From Chrysomallon squamiferum (taxonomy: Eukaryota > Animalia > Mollusca), in contig CM022678.1 of assembly GCA_012295275.1 (NCBI GenBank), positions 7,316,001-7,380,000 on the forward strand: a DNA stretch of 64,000 nt. The letters run 5' to 3'. This document shows positions 1 to 16,910 of this stretch, in pieces (the stretch's first letter is position 1; each line of letters opens with the position of its first letter). The position numbers and the translations under genes are program-made. The notes under the pieces were generated by a model that worked only from the letters and a program-made list of their open reading frames with translations, did not search any database and was not told the origin of the DNA.

Positions 1-75
1 TGTTTTTTTATATGAACTTTAGTTATGTCTTCTGTTGTTTTTTTTAATTGTTAAAAAAAAGGAAAGAGAAGAAGT

Positions 76-187
<112 letters not shown>

Positions 188-1605
188 AACTCTAAAGTAA
201 TCACTTATAATATATAATGAGATTTGTTTTTCCCCTTGGCGTTAAATTTGCAATTTCTTCTGATTGTTATCTTTCTTCTTCTTCTTCTTTTTTTATCAAG
301 AAGAAAAAAATATAGTGAAAGGGAAAAAGAGTTTTATTCAGAATTTAATTTATAGAGGACGATAAAAGTAAATTTTTTTTTTTTTAATGCTTTATAGATG
401 TTACAGTGGTTGCGATTATATATTCTCATGCTAATTTTTATTAAAAAAAAAAAAAAAAAAACAACAAACAAAAAAAAAAAAAAAAACAACCGAAAAGTCA
501 GAGAAGAATGAATTGAAAGGAGGAAAAAAGTAAAAACAAAATAAACTCTTTATATGTGTCAGAATTTATGAATCTTCAAAATGCTAGCAGGTTTTTTTAA
601 TTATTTATTTTATTTTATTTTATTTTATTTTATTTTATTTTATTTTATTTTATTTTATTTTATTTTATTTTATTTTATTTTATTTTATTATTTATTTATT
701 TATTTATTATTTAATTTCTTTCATTTTTTGTTGTTTTATATTACGTTTCTAAATTATTTTATTTTATTTTATTAAATTATTATTTTATTAAATTTATTTA
801 TTTATTTTATGTATTTATTTATTTCATTATCATTACACATATTTCGTTTGTTTGTTTGTTCTCAACTGCACACATTTAACCGTCTCTCGAGCAATGTTTG
901 ATGAGCAGCTTTCTGCACACATTCCACGGATAACGTTGTTTTTATTGTTGTTTTTTTGTATTTTCTTGAATAACGTTTCGCGTGTTCCTCTCAAATAAAG
1001 CAGGCGCGATTTCTTTTCTCTTTTTTTTTCCACGTCTTTATAACCGTTCCTAAAATTGGAACGGTAATTTATAAGCTCCGTTACTATGTGACGAACGCCT
1101 TTTTTATGATTTGTTCGAGGCAGGTGGCGCTATAATTCAATCACGGTTATCTGCCCTCAAAAATGTTCACACCAATTTTCTTCAGATCTGCGCGTTATCT
1201 CCCCTTTTCGTCGACTGGTATTCTGCCTTCCGCGGACCATCAAAGGTGCCGCGGTGTGGGCATCCGTTACAGTTCAATAGGAAAATAAAACTGATTCGTC
1301 TAATCTTTAAATGATTGACTGAATCTTAACAGGAATATAATCACAACTGTTGAAACCTTATCGTAAAGTCTGGCTCGTTTTATAAGGTCTCAACCAACAG
1401 AAGATTTTTTTTTTTTCCCGAGACAATATTGTTTTTTCTTTAGTGTTCCTCGGTAAAATATACGAGGAAGATTCAGCGATCGTTACGTCACGTAAAAAAA
1501 AAAAAAACTTTCGGAATTCCAATTACTGTTGAGATTTCTTTATGGTTTTTTGTTTCGTTATATTTTCATTATTTCTTTCTTTATTTCTTTCTTTTTTATT
1601 ATTAC

Positions 1606-1642
<37 letters not shown>

Positions 1643-1658
1643 TTTGTTATCGTTATTA

Positions 1659-1714
<56 letters not shown>

Positions 1715-2090
1715 TTTCATATTCATGTTTAATTCTGATTTCGTTTTTGTTCTATTTTCGTTCCATTTTACTTAAACACATATATATAACATATTATTAA
1801 AACCAGCATTAATATAAATTATTATTATTATTATAATATATATACATATATATATATATTTATATATAAAGGAACAAAAACACAAACACATACATTATCA
1901 TGTATGTATTATTCATTTTATTCACTACCCATACAAACATACGAATACCTCATTGTTATTGCAGACATGTCTTATATCTGACAATAGTCAAACGATATGA
2001 TACTGTTATTAATATTATTATTATTATTATTATTATCATTATTATTATCATTATTATATTTATTATTATTATCATCATTATTATCATTAC

Positions 2091-2127
<37 letters not shown>

Positions 2128-3028
2128 GAATACCCGGCAAAAAATCATCTATCTGATTCTGAATCAAATTGCGGTGCTAAATTGATGAGCATATCGCTTC
2201 CGTAGGAAAAAAAAAAAAAACAGAACCAAAATCATGAAGTTACTGGATTCATCTGCTAGGAAACTTTCACGAGGTCAAATGGTGCGATCTAGAGAAATAC
2301 GCTACAATCTCGGAACTGAATACCAATGCCGAAGAAGCTTATTGCAGAGTTATTTTAGAATGAGAAAATAATAACTATTAGAGTGAGGAAAATAGAGGTC
2401 TCAGTAGGGCATGTTCCTAGTGAGCGTTTCTTTTCTCGGTTTTTTTTTTTTTTTTGATTTTTGATTTCTCGAACATAATGAAGGTTTCAATGCGTGGTGT
2501 GTTTTGCGTGTGGAGATTGTTAAATGAGTGGTTGGAGATGGCAGGAGAGAAAGGAAGAGTTTGTGTGTGTTTATGGGGGTGTATTTGTGTGTGTGCGTGT
2601 GTATTTGTGTCTGCTTGTGTGTGTGTGTGGGTGTGAATGTGTCTGTGTGTGTCTTTGTGTGTGTGTGACTGTATATGTCCGTGTTTGTGTGAATTTCTGT
2701 GACAGTGAGTACGTGTATCTTTGTGTGTGTCTGTGTGTGCGTGCCTTTGTGTGACATTCGTTTTAATGTTCTTCAGTACATTTACACTTTGAAGTTAAAA
2801 GTTCTGATTTACAAAAAATACTGTTTTCTAAAACTTTATTTGTCATTTTTAATCATAGAAGTTCTATAAACAGTTTTATTCATGCCATAATCCTTCTTAA
2901 ATTTAAACCGATGTATTTGGGAATCAATCCTGGTTGTTGCTGGCGTATTAAACTATTCATTATCCCAACACACATTCTGACGGGTGAGAATATATATTTA
3001 ACACAGTGGTATGTGTTATCCTGTTAAG

Positions 3029-3071
<43 letters not shown>

Positions 3072-3123
3072 ACAAACATAGACAAACACACACATATTGA
3101 AAAAAGAGAGAAAAAGTAAACGT

Positions 3124-3154
<31 letters not shown>

Positions 3155-4116
3155 AAAACACCACCTTATCATGTCGGGTTTTCTTTGAAGATTATAAGTC
3201 ACAGTTGCTAAAAATACTGATCATAAAAAAATATAAAGAAAAAAATAAGATATTAAAAGTCAGTGATAGAAAATTAATGAGTAAAGAAGTTGCTAAATTG
3301 AACAAATGAGGGTCCAAAGAATACATGTCATGCGTCACGCAAAACAAAAGTTTTTTTTTTTTTTTTTTTCACTGCACGATTAAATAATAATGGAACGTCT
3401 GTTTTTAGTCTGTTACTCGATTAATTCTTTAATTAATTCCCTTCAGGGTATTTCGCTGCGGTTTCGTGTTTAACCTGTGTTTTCATAATGTGCCGTTTTT
3501 AAAAAAAAAAAAAGAATGTATAAAGACTGGAATGAAAGAAAGAAAGAAAGAAAGAACGATGGAACGAAAAAGTGAGGAATAGAGAAAAGAAAGAGAAAAG
3601 AAGAAGAATGAAAAGGAGAGACGGAAAGAACAGGAATAAGATGTAATAATAATAAAATAATAAAAAGGAAAGAATGTCTGAATGGATGAATGAAATGCTG
3701 AAAGAAGGAAAAAAGAAAAAGACAAAATGATGAAGGGCGATAACGAAGAAGGAGATGAATGACAAATAGAAAGAACAAAATAAATGAAGACAGAAAGAAA
3801 GGGAGAAAGAAAAGATGGAAAAAGAGAAATAAAAAGGAATAAAAAAAAGAAAGAAAGAAAGAAAAGAAAAACTGTAGAGAAAGTCAAATTTAAAGAGAAA
3901 ACATTTAGAGAAAAAAAAAAATGAAACAACCGAAACAATAAATAAAATAAATATTTACGGAGCCCGATTTACGTAATTCAAATAAAAAACAACCCGATGA
4001 TTTAAAATCCATTCCTAAATACAACTGTATTTTCCAGTTTATTACAGATAACTATAAAATTATTTTAACTCGACAATTTGTTTTAGTTCCTTTTCTTTTG
4101 ACCTTATGGAAAAAGC

Positions 4117-4174
<58 letters not shown>

Positions 4175-4405
4175 AAACGGAAAAATAATGGATTGAAAAT
4201 CTGCTACAGCTAGATTGGGCGTAGGTGGGGAAACATTTAAAATGGCTTTGAGTAAGGTTTCTGACAGAACAGCAAGTTCGTGATTTTTGTATCGTAAGTG
4301 AAATCACATTTTAAATAATTATACCTGAAAAAAAAAAAAAAAAAAAATATGTTTAATTATTATCATGCGGGCACAAGAATGTTTTTAATTATTAAAATAT
4401 ATCTA

Positions 4406-4580
<175 letters not shown>

Positions 4581-4784
4581 CTGTCTGTCTGTCTATCTAT
4601 CTATATAGATAGATAGATAGATAGATAGATATAATTTTATCTATAGGAATTCGAGTTAATACAAGTTGATCACTGTGATGTATGTTACAGCGTGTTTTGG
4701 CCCATTTATTATTTAAAGTTATTTTTGTTGAACTGGGTTGTTTTGTATGTCTCTGTCTGTCTGTCTCTCTGTCTATTATCTATA

Positions 4785-4866
<82 letters not shown>

Positions 4867-6604
4867 CACATCTATATTGATGTCTGTCTTTCTGTCGGCC
4901 TGTGTATGTGTGTCTGGGTTATATTTGCACATCTGTCAAATCCAGTGTATTTATAAAACATAGATGTGTCCTATTAGCTTGTGAGAGTAAGGGTGGTGCT
5001 TAACTTCTGTTTAGCAGTATACAGAGAAACTATTAAGCGCCAATCTCGCGCACTCCGTGATTCTGCGGGATATTTTATCTGATAATCTTGAAGCAGTGGC
5101 ACGCCGTATCCGCGAAGCGAAATTAATTAGCACTTTTAATACACGAGATAAACGCTCGTATGATCTTCGGGCGTTTTCGGTTCACCTCGGATCTTTCCGG
5201 TTAATTTCGGATCGGATATTCGTTTATCCAGCTCATTAATTCTTTATGAAACTCACAAGGGAAGAAAAAAACCTCCAGCAATATCAAAGCATGAAGAAAC
5301 ATAAAAGAGAGGGAATCTATACAGAGAACACCGCGATTTGGGGGTTATTTACGTTTGGTCTTTATGTTTCTTGATTCCGAATGCCATAGTCGTTTTAATT
5401 TCGTTTGAGAATAAATCTTCAGAGAGTTTGGAACAGAGAATGAAAGTGAATAAAGATCGGGCGTTAAGGTCAGTGCAGACGACTGTAAGGTTATCTCTAT
5501 TGGGTACAGAAAGCAGAAAATTAAAAGATCAGAATACTTGGAATAGAAAAAAACACATCTGTTTATTTTATTTAATGATGCCTAAGTTTAACGAAGCTTC
5601 CGTAATACATATGTGAAAACAGACCAGTCCAATATGTTAATGATAATGATGTGATCATCATGATGATTATAACCAAAACGATGAGAATGTCGATGATGAT
5701 AATGATAACGATAATTATAATGATAATGACGATGATAATAATAACAAAGATGATTTTTGGTTAGGAATATGATCAAAATATTTTTGCAACTGAAATAAAA
5801 ATCATTAAATATTTAATAAAAAATAAATAAATAAATAAATAAAAATATAAATAAACAAACAAACAAACAAACAAACAAACAAACAAACAAACAAACAAAC
5901 AAACAAATAAGTAAATAAATAAATAAATAAATAAATAAATACCAGATGTCAAGGATCGCTAGCAAACATCGCGAAGAATCTTAATTAATTTATTCCAGCT
6001 AAATTAAAACGTTATAAACAGAATTTACAATTCTGAAATTTTCATTTCACTTCCTAACACAGTCAGGGAATTGGGATTATGATTTACACAATTAATGAAA
6101 CGTCGGAAGATTTCTGACGTCGACGGTGAACGAGTTATCTTTCACAAAACACATTTTGTTCCGGTGTAAAAAAGACTGAAAATTTGATTCGTTAAAAGAA
6201 GCAGCTTTTTCTAAAAGTTACAATTCTTTATGTTCTGCATTTTGATTTTGTTTGCTTTATCGTTATTACTTTTTGAATTTGTTCAATTTTGATTTGATTT
6301 ATTTTAATTTGTATTTTTATTTTAAATTTTTAAAATTTTTAATTTTAATTTTAATTTTATTTTTATTTATTTATTTATTTATTATATTACTATTATTATT
6401 ATTATTGTTGTTGTTGTTGTTGTTGTTGTTGTTTTGTTTTATCTCTTACATTTTGTTACTGTGCGATTACAAAATTAAGCTTGTTGACCATATGACGAAT
6501 GAAAATAAATATCACGTGACTATTTTGTAATCATTCCGATTGGTCGAGAGTCATGTCGTAACTGATTTAGAAGTAACTTAATAAAATAATTATGTTTTAT
6601 AATT

Positions 6605-6756
6605 GTTTTGATTCATTTAAGAGTAACGTAATTATGACATTACATTATTTTGCAACTGTTTTGTTTCATTTAAGAGTAACGTAATTAAGTCATTACATTA
6701 TTTTGCAACTGTTTTGTTTCATTTAAGAGTAACGTAATTAAATCATTACATTATTT
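6605..6756. repeat. 53-bp tandem repeat (~3 copies)
   Basis: catttaagagtaacgtaatta at 6614, 6667, 6720. Confidence 0.9.
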
Positions 6757-7025
6757 TTTACGTTGCTTAGATTTTAACTGTTCTTTTAAATTCATCATCT
6801 ACAGAGAACGCCATTTTTTTTTGTTTTGTACATTTCTTTCTAGCGAACTTCCTGTTTCTCCGATTTTGCACAATGATTTACATGCCTGCAAAACAAATAT
6901 TAGTTAACATATGCAATCTCTTTCTAAGAAAAATCACATTTCCTTTTCTATAAAACAGGTACACACGCAAGCATATTTTTAAACGTCAGCAAATCTTAAT
7001 AAATAAATAAATAAGTTTCAAAAAG

Positions 7026-7059
<34 letters not shown>

Positions 7060-7663
7060 GGTTATGGTTTTACACTCGTTAGTGTTAATATAACGATAAA
7101 TAATTTCTAGCAGAAAACGTTAAACAAAATTTAAAAATTAAAAAAAAATTAAAAATAAAGAAAATTGAAGAAACAAAGAAAACCAATTATTAAAAAAAAT
7201 AATAATTAACTAACATAAATAGCAGCCAGTATTACTGAAAGCTACAATCTTAGTTATTAACTATGAAACGTGATGTAAAAATGTTTTCTTTTTATCGTCT
7301 TCATTTCAAATTTATGCTTCTGCACTGACAAACCTTCATCCATGCAATAAATTAAACATAAAAGATGAAGCAAAACAGAGGATAAATCTGGAGTAGGCAG
7401 ACATCTTTAACTTAAATCAGGCTTATAGCTTCTAATTTGAAGTAACGACTCAATTTATCTGTTTCTCTCTCTCTTTTTTATTTCTCTTACTTTTCTCATT
7501 ATGTTTGTCTTTCGCTACGTCTGTGTCTTTATCTCTTTATATGTCTATCCATCTGTCTCTGTTTCTGTCAGTATATCTTTATTTTTCTCTCTCTCTTTCG
7601 TTTTCTCTCCTCATAATCTGTTTGTAATCTCTCTGTTTATACGTTTTGGTGTCAGTCTCTGTA

Positions 7664-7766
<103 letters not shown>

Positions 7767-8922
7767 GTCTTTCATTCCTATATCTCATTCCTTCCTTCAT
7801 TCCTATAGTCTTTCCGATCTCTAATCTTCAGTCTTTTAGATCTCTCTGTGTTCTGCAATATAAGATATCATCATTGGTAAGATAGATGTAGCATAAGATC
7901 GGAGATTTCAGGCACACACACACACACATACACACACACAGAAATATATTTTAGAACATCTAGTGTACCACGGAATAATAGTTGTTATTATATTACGTTG
8001 TGTTATGTTGTTTTATTTTATGTTATTTTATGTTGTGTTAGGTTGGGTTATGTTATGCTATGTTCTGTTATATTATTTGTATGTTACATTATGTTATGTT
8101 GTATTATACTATATTATATTATATTATATTATATTTTATTTTATTTTTTTTATTTTTTTTATCTTCTAAATTTTAATATAATTCTTTTATTTTTCAAAAT
8201 TTTGATCCGTTTTTGTTTTTTAATTATTCAGTTCAGGTTTTGTTTTCTTTTGTTTTCTTTCTTTTTCCTGCATTTCAGTGTTTTCTTTTTATTTCTTTTT
8301 TTCCTCTGTTCTTTCTTTTCTTTCTTTTTTCACAAAAAATATTTTTAAAAAAATTTAAAATAACAATAGAATGTAACATAACGAAAAACAACACCAAAAA
8401 AATAAAAAAAAAATAAAAAAAAAAGCAACAAGGCATTTAAACAACAAAGCAACACCCACAAAACAAAGACAGAACCAAAACAATAAAACAACAAAACAAA
8501 AAGAAAAAAACATAATATAGTGTCTTTTTTTTTTTGCTCATAATGCAGTTTTTCGGAGAAAACGCAAACTCGATCATTCAGACAGATAAGGACGACGCCA
8601 CAGATTCAAAACTTCTCTCTTCACCTTTCCTGATAAACAGAATTAAAGACGAGAAGAGAAAAATGAACGTGTTGTCGTTGAGATTGAAATCGAGTTTCTC
8701 TGTATCGCCGCGTCTTTCGTTTCAGCGAATATGAAAACCTTTTGTTAGCCGGATAAATAAATTATTTTGTAACTGTCGCCATTAATATTCCGTTCAAGTG
8801 CGGCTGGACCTCACAGATTCAAACTGTACAATTACGTTAGTGATCTCTTTTATCGAATTCATTACTGTTAAGAATTTCTTGGTTCAGTCTTTGACCCGTT
8901 TGTACGTGACTACGTCTGTCTG

Positions 8923-9025
<103 letters not shown>

Positions 9026-10542
9026 ATTTATATCTTTCTCTTACTCATATTTATCCTGAAGAAGAATCATCCACCTCAGTATACTCTGAAATTAACTTAA
9101 GCGAGATTTGGTCAAATAGGCATGATGGAATCGAATCATTTCGAATCCATCCTGAATTTGTTTTAAAAGTTTTAAAGTTGCAAAATTTTTTATATAAATT
9201 TTATTTTATTTAAACTGTGATGTTTTTTATTTCTACACAGCTCTCTATAACCTGTGTTTTAATTAACTTCTGAATTTTTATTTACAAAGAAATCATCATT
9301 TTTCTTATATTTATCTATGTTCTGACACCCAGTAACCCGATATATTTTTGTTTTTCTTTTTTCGTGTTGGTGTATCATTAAACATTCATTCATTTATCAA
9401 CTGTCTTGTTCATCATGTTGCTGTAACTTCTCTAATAACTACTACCCTGCACCAAGGCAAGTTCTATACTTTATTAATTTCATCATAAAACGAGGCAACT
9501 AAATGTCTTCTATGTCCATTTTTTTCAATCATTGTTGAAACCACAAAGAGCTTACCTCGTTCTGGGTTATGACGAAACATTACCCTAGAACAATATTTTA
9601 TCTCTCCTTCAGTGCTATTAGCTTAAACAAAAACATTAAAATAAACAATTCCACCAAAACAAACCGAAAACTCATTGCGAGACACGACAGAAAATTAATC
9701 TGAACGATCGTAGATCTGACCACGAAGTTACAACTGTCCTGTAACTGTCAGCTTATGACGTACGATCGGAAAATATGTTTTGTGTGTACACGTCACATAT
9801 TTCTGTCGTTCGCTTTACTCAGCTGAATTACTTTCGTCTAGCTAATCATACAGCTTTGCTTTGTAATTAACTCCCTTCCGTTCACTCTCCGCGTCTGATT
9901 TACCGCGCGCGGATCAAAAAACGCGGATCTGGGTCAAATTATGACGTTATTAATATTTTCCGATTATCTCCCGTAACTGATTAAATTCTGTGGATGGCTC
10001 GGACGGGGCGGAGAGGTGGAAATAAAGGAGGACGGAGCGGTTTATATTCGTTCCAAAAAAAAAAAAACGGTATCGTAGCGATAAACAGTCAGTGATTATC
10101 TCATCATTTCTGTCAAAACGCGAAGCAATAATTACATTTCGTCTGAAGACTTTCGTGTTTTTACGTAACGAAAAAAAAAAAAAATTGAAGTATAGAATAT
10201 GTGATTTTTTTTGGCTTTGTATGTGTGTGTGTTTCTGTTGTATATATATATAATGTATGCTACATGCTGAAATGTCAAAATACTCAGATTTCATGTTTTT
10301 GATATGTGTATATGTCTACGTGTCTAATTAATTGTCTGTATGTTGGGTTCTTTTTAGCATTCTTCTTCAGTTTTTTTTTTACCAGTCTGACTGTTCATTC
10401 TTCCTTCTTTTTATCTGTCAGTTTATTTATATACCCACATATCCATTTTGTTTGAATATTTAAACTTCACAAATGACATACTAATAATAGCAACAACAAT
10501 ACACTACAAACTCTAATACTACTTTTACTACTACTGCTACTT

Positions 10543-10576
<34 letters not shown>

Positions 10577-10674
10577 GTCTGCTACTGCTACTGCTACTGC
10601 TACTACTACTACTGTTGCTGCTGCTGCTGCTGCTACTACTACTACTACTACTACTGCCACTACTACTAGTACTG

Positions 10675-10706
<32 letters not shown>

Positions 10707-10871
10707 GCTGCTGCTGCTAATACTGCTGCTACTACTACTGCTGCTGATAATACAAGAGAGACATAAATTTTAAAAAGTTACCTTTATATTAGTGCTTTTT
10801 AAAAAAAATTATCTTACTGGATAATAGAGAAACAACAACAACAACAACAACAATACTAATAATAATGATAA

Positions 10872-10973
<102 letters not shown>

Positions 10974-11175
10974 GAGTACAGTTTTGGCTCAGTCTTGTAC
11001 TTAGAACCAGACAGCGCCGCTATATCAGGAAACCAGTGGGAACGAAGAGACAAAATCGTACAATTAGCCTTCGGGGAGCGAGCGAACGAGCGAACGAGCA
11101 AGACTTTGCAACCTTGAACTTAAAATAAAGAAGCCGACAACAACTACAAAAAAGATATATATATAAAAAGGGTAC

Positions 11176-11206
<31 letters not shown>

Positions 11207-11269
11207 ATAATTAATAATAATAACGGCAATATCCAAAAATAGAAATAAAATAAAAAATAAAATAAGGGA

Positions 11270-11660
11270 GCGTTCGGCTGGCTAATAATAGACTGGTACC
11301 GCGGCTCGTGCTTCGCCCGATCTCTGCCGAAGCTGAAAGCGGTGAAGCCATGTTGTAAACGCTCGCGCAATTCTTTCGCTTTTCTGACAGCTTTTCCGCG
11401 CGAAACTAAGTGATTTGACATTTTCCTACGGCAAACCTCGAGGAGGGGGCCAGAACGTCCTCACGTGCCCACACACACACACACACACACACACACCCAC
11501 ACAAACTGGTATGCACGGGAATACGTGTTAAGAAGATTACCGAAAATTGTAAGCGAGGAAAGATGGCGGCGAAAGTTTGGTAAATAAACCGAAATTGTCA
11601 GAGCTGTTTGAGGCAGTGGACAACTTGTTAGTTGAGTAACGATGACGTTGCTGGAAGCTG
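11270..11660 (+). promoter_or_regulatory. CpG-rich island with YY1-type motif
   Basis: AAGATGGCGGC at 11560-11570 in non-repetitive CpG-rich sequence. Confidence 0.3.
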
Positions 11661-12095
11661 GAAATGGGATTTTTTTTTTTACGAAGTTTTGTTTTATGTA
11701 ACAGCATTTTCCTGTTATATTATTTAATTTTTTACTTTTTTTTTTTTTTTTTTTCTAAAGATTTAATATAAAAAAAAAAAAAAATATATCTGTTTGGTTT
11801 CCTTTTTGTCAAATTTCACTTTGACTTCTGTAAATTTTTTACTGAATGCAATAGTTTATTTGTCTTTCAGTTACTATCACTACTACTAGTACCACTACTG
11901 CTTCTGCTATTAGTAGCAATACAATAACAAAACTATTACAACAGCACTACTACCATTACCACTACTACTACAACTGCTTCAGCTACAACTACTACTGCAG
12001 CTGCTGCACCTCCTCTCATCCTTCTACTACTACTACTACTACCTACTACTTGTACTACCGCTGCTAACAGTAGTAGAAGTATCATTGTAGATACA

Positions 12096-12128
<33 letters not shown>

Positions 12129-13032
12129 GCTGCTACTGCTGTTGCTGTTGCTGCTGCTGTTTTTACTACTGTTACTGTTAAACCTACTGTTGTTATTAAT
12201 TTTTTGTTATCGCTGTTATCATTACTATTACTATGTTTTATTATCGTTGTTGTTGCTATTGTTGTTACTGTTGTTGTTGCTGCTGTTGTTGCTGCTGTTG
12301 TTATCGCTGTTGTTGTTGTTGCTGTTGTTGATGCTATCGTTGCTGCTGTTGTTGTCTGTAATATTCTTTTTTATTTAGTCATTTATTTACTACAATAAAT
12401 TTATATCACGTTAAAAACATATTTTACGTTGTTTTTGTTTTCTGTCTTTCGCCAGCAATCTCGCACGCCACTTAAACATTTCTTTTCAAAAAAAAAACAA
12501 AAAAAACGAAAATGGCTAACTGGCGAATCTCGTTTCTTCTCAACGAAACACAAAACTGAACCCAACTGATGTAAATTCTTCCTTGATATTAGACCTCTAA
12601 AAAAAAAGCCTAATGGATAATCGATAAATATATATCGAATATGTCAATTTGTTATAAAAAATAAAAAATAAAAATAAAAAAAGATTTCACTTGGATAGCT
12701 GGAATAACCCGTTATCGGAGTTTACAGATTTCAATTAATATCTTTCTCATTATCTGTCCTCGCAAAACAAGCTAAAAATATGCAAAAAACCGTGGGGAGA
12801 GAAATCGTTTATTTTCTGCAGATTAGAGAGACCTGTGTTTCTGGCAGTTATAGTACCTCGCACGAATAAAGACGAATGCAGAATAAATATTGTTTTTGAG
12901 AAAGTTAAATTGGAGAGGCCGAGGGAACTGGCGCAAAAGAATAAATGTTTGTTTGGGTAAAGAAATGTGAAAAGAGGAAAGAGGGGAAAAAAGGAATAAA
13001 GAGAAAAAGGGAGATGATGGTAGTGAGTGAGT

Positions 13033-13113
<81 letters not shown>

Positions 13114-13199
13114 AAATAAAATGGAAAAAGGACAGAGATATTTTCTCTCTTTCGTCATTACTCTCCTTTTCTCTCTACATTCGTATTTATTTATCTGTC

Positions 13200-13260
<61 letters not shown>

Positions 13261-13572
13261 CTCTGTCTCTCTCTCATTCATCTTTATTTATCTCTCGCTC
13301 TGTTTGTCTGTGTGTCTGTCTGTCTTGGAGTACTGTTGTTGTTGCTGAGTCTATTACTACTGCTGATATAACTACTACTACTACTAATAATAATAGTGCT
13401 ACTACTACTATTACTACTATACCTACTAGCATTTATATTACATTTTAGAATTAGTACTACGTTCTCTCTTTCTCAGCAGAATAAAAGCACTGGGTTTGAA
13501 CTGAACGATGTACCCTCTTTAGCCAAAAAAGAACTACAACAACGATGAACGTATAATATCAACAGGTGCCTG

Positions 13573-13616
<44 letters not shown>

Positions 13617-13976
13617 AGAAATAAATTAATATTTCATGTTTTTAACTCGTGGGCTCCAAGTTGTCAGCTAAAATGAAATATTACGATTTTGCTGATAGAG
13701 TCTGCAGACAGAAAAGCTTAACGGGGTTAATTAACCACAAATGTTTTCAAAGAACGGGTTACACAGTGAAGTCGGCAGTTAATACGCAGACAGATAGTTT
13801 ACGATGTTACAGAAGGACGCTATGTTATAACTGCCTGCCCATTAATTTTAGAACTGATTATCTACAGATGATTTACAGAGGTGGTGACTTCGTGGTTTTT
13901 TTTTCTGTTTATAAGAATGAATCAGGGGATGTGATATTATTCGTTCGGTTTAGATTAGAAGTAAGTTGTTTAATGG

Positions 13977-14008
<32 letters not shown>

Positions 14009-14695
14009 TTATGTGTGTGTTAACTTATTTGTGTATATATATAGGTATCTATGTATGTGTTCATAAGTGTGTGTATGTGTTTGCCTGTTTGCCTGTATTA
14101 TGTATGTATGTGTGTATGTATGTGTGTATGTATGTATGTATGTATGTATGTATGAATGTGTTTATAAATGTACGTGTATAAGTGTGTGTGTCTGTATGTA
14201 CGTATGTATATATGAATGTATGTATGTGTGTATGTGTGTGTATATATGTGTGTGTGCGTATGTGTCTCTCTATGAATGTATGTATGTTTTTGTCTGTCTC
14301 TCTGTCTCTACCTATCTATTTATGTAGCAATCCAACTAGCTATCAGTATGTCTGTGATTGTCTGTGTCTGTCTGAATGTCTGTCTCTCTGTATATCTGCC
14401 ATTTATGAATTTATTTAAATTCTGAGGCAACAAAAACAAACAAAAAAAAAACTAAAAAAAAAAAAACTAAAAAAGGAAAAAAGAAAAAAAGAACACGCAA
14501 AAACTTTTAAAAACGGAAAAGTCTTTAACTGCGTTAATGGGAACAAAAATTAAAAAAATTTACTTTTAAAACAGTTTTCATGTTGTTATTTTTCTACAAT
14601 CCCCAGAGTCGTCTGTAATAACAGGTGTTACACTCAAAACGGTTAGAGACTGTTTCAAAATGTTACTAAACAGAGAAAAAGGGCGTGGTGGCAGG

Positions 14696-14729
<34 letters not shown>

Positions 14730-16352
14730 CACCGTCCCGACACCACTGGTTCCTATCACAGCAGAGCAGTCTCAAGCACGTGAGGCGCTCGTGGGGGGTC
14801 CCAGCTGCCAGGCTGGTGTAAATATTTTGACGCAAGGTTGTAGCAGTTAAAGCGCCTCGTTTAGCGAACAAGGAGGAAACGTTTACAAATATTTAAGATA
14901 AGTTTTTTTTTTGATTCTCAGATTCAAGGGATGGACAAGGTGGGGGATAGTGCGTGTCTTTGATTCCTTTTGGACTGTCGCTGTTGTCGTTGTCGTAGTT
15001 GTTGTTGTTGCTGTTGCTGTTGTTTTGCTTTTAATTAATTAATTTATTAATTAATTAATTTATTTATTTTATCAGCTTCTTCTTCTTCTTTGACTTTATC
15101 CTTTACTACCACTACTACTATAACAACTTCTACAACCTTCTACTAGTATTAATACAGCAACAACAACAACAACTACTACTACTACTATTACTGCTACTAC
15201 TTCTATTGCTACTATTACTACTATTACTACTTTTTCTACAACTACTACTACTATAACTACTACTGCTACGACTACGACCTACTACTATTACTAATACAAC
15301 AACAACTACTACTACTACAACTTACTACTACTATTACTACTACTATTTATTATACTAATGTTACTACTACTATTATTTATTTATTTATTTATTTATTATT
15401 GTTGTAATGAAATTCAGCTCACCAGTAGATTAATATGTAACCACAACGACTGCGACCCCCATCTTCTTAAATTTCGAACAGCCCCTTGCCTGCATTTCTC
15501 CACTTAACGTAACACGAGGTAAATATGACGCATTGCTATTGTACACTTGCACAGTTAAACGAAACACTTGCCGTATTTCTGTTTAAACAAGCCCATGAAT
15601 GATTGGAGGGTGTGTGTGTGTGTGTGTCGCCATTTATCCTGCTTTCGTAGATACACGTAAACGAAAAAGAAATCAAACAAAATGTAAACAGTTGTAAGAA
15701 GAATTATTTCGCCGTTTATTCGGAATTATTCCAAATCTAGGTGTGTGTGCGTGACGTTTCTGTAATGACGTATGAGGAGAAGGTTTGATATCTGTGTCAG
15801 TAGATCCCCTGGAATGGCTCGTTTGAGTTATCGCTTCATCCGAGTTCTTGTTGACTTGTAGATGTGTGTACAGTAATTTGTTTGCTTTCTCGTTTAATGG
15901 GAGTAATTAGCACGATCGATTTTTCAGTTATTAAAGTTAACATTTCATCTGAAAGTTTCTTGGGGTTTAAATGTTTAACGGGATCGACTGATTAGGGTTA
16001 AGATATTAAATTTAAATTTTGTTTCTAAGTTTTCTTACAGTACTTTTTAAAAAATTATATTTTTATTTTATTTCAGTTTTATCTGTTGTTATAATTTAGT
16101 TATATGATGATCATCATCATTACCAATATGCAGCATCAACACCATCAAAATCAGTAATAAAAACTACAGCAACAACAACAACAACGATAATAATTATCAT
16201 TATTATTGCTATTACGACTATTGCCATTTCTACTACTACTAATAATAATAATAAAAAGAAGAAGAAAAATAGTATAATAATAATATGAGCATAAGCAGAC
16301 GCATTTATTACTGTTACAACTACTGCTGCTGCTGTTGCTACTGCTACTTCTA

Positions 16353-16407
<55 letters not shown>

Positions 16408-16822
16408 TACTACTACTACTAATAATAATAATCATCATCATAATCATCATCATCATCTTCATCACCTTCATACATCAAAGACCTACATTTCCGACAAGGA
16501 ACCAAACTTTTATGGTAACTTTATCTCAAAAAGAAATCACCAACCGGTAACCGGATGTATGATTGACGATAAACATCTGCTTCACAGAAGAGTCGAATGT
16601 AGGGGAGATAATCTATTTACGTTTTTACTTAACGCCCGATAACCCAAATTCAGTTCGCGGTTAAGGTGAGAGAGATTTTGTTTCCGACACAGGATTGCCC
16701 ACACCAGAGACAGCTGCTTGTCTGCCTCCTTCTGAATAATTTCTGATAATTCTTGTCGATGAAAGAGAAACTGGATATTAATGTGTTTGAGATAACAGCG
16801 TATATATATATATATATACATA

Positions 16823-16872
<50 letters not shown>

Positions 16873-16910
16873 GTATGAAGTACGTGCATACAATTATCGT
16901 TGTCCATTTC

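Noticed and set aside
14922-14939. Possible micro-exon ctcag|ATTCAAGGGATGGACAAG|gtgggg
   Set aside because: Weak donor, no signal-peptide content, cannot be linked to the gene.
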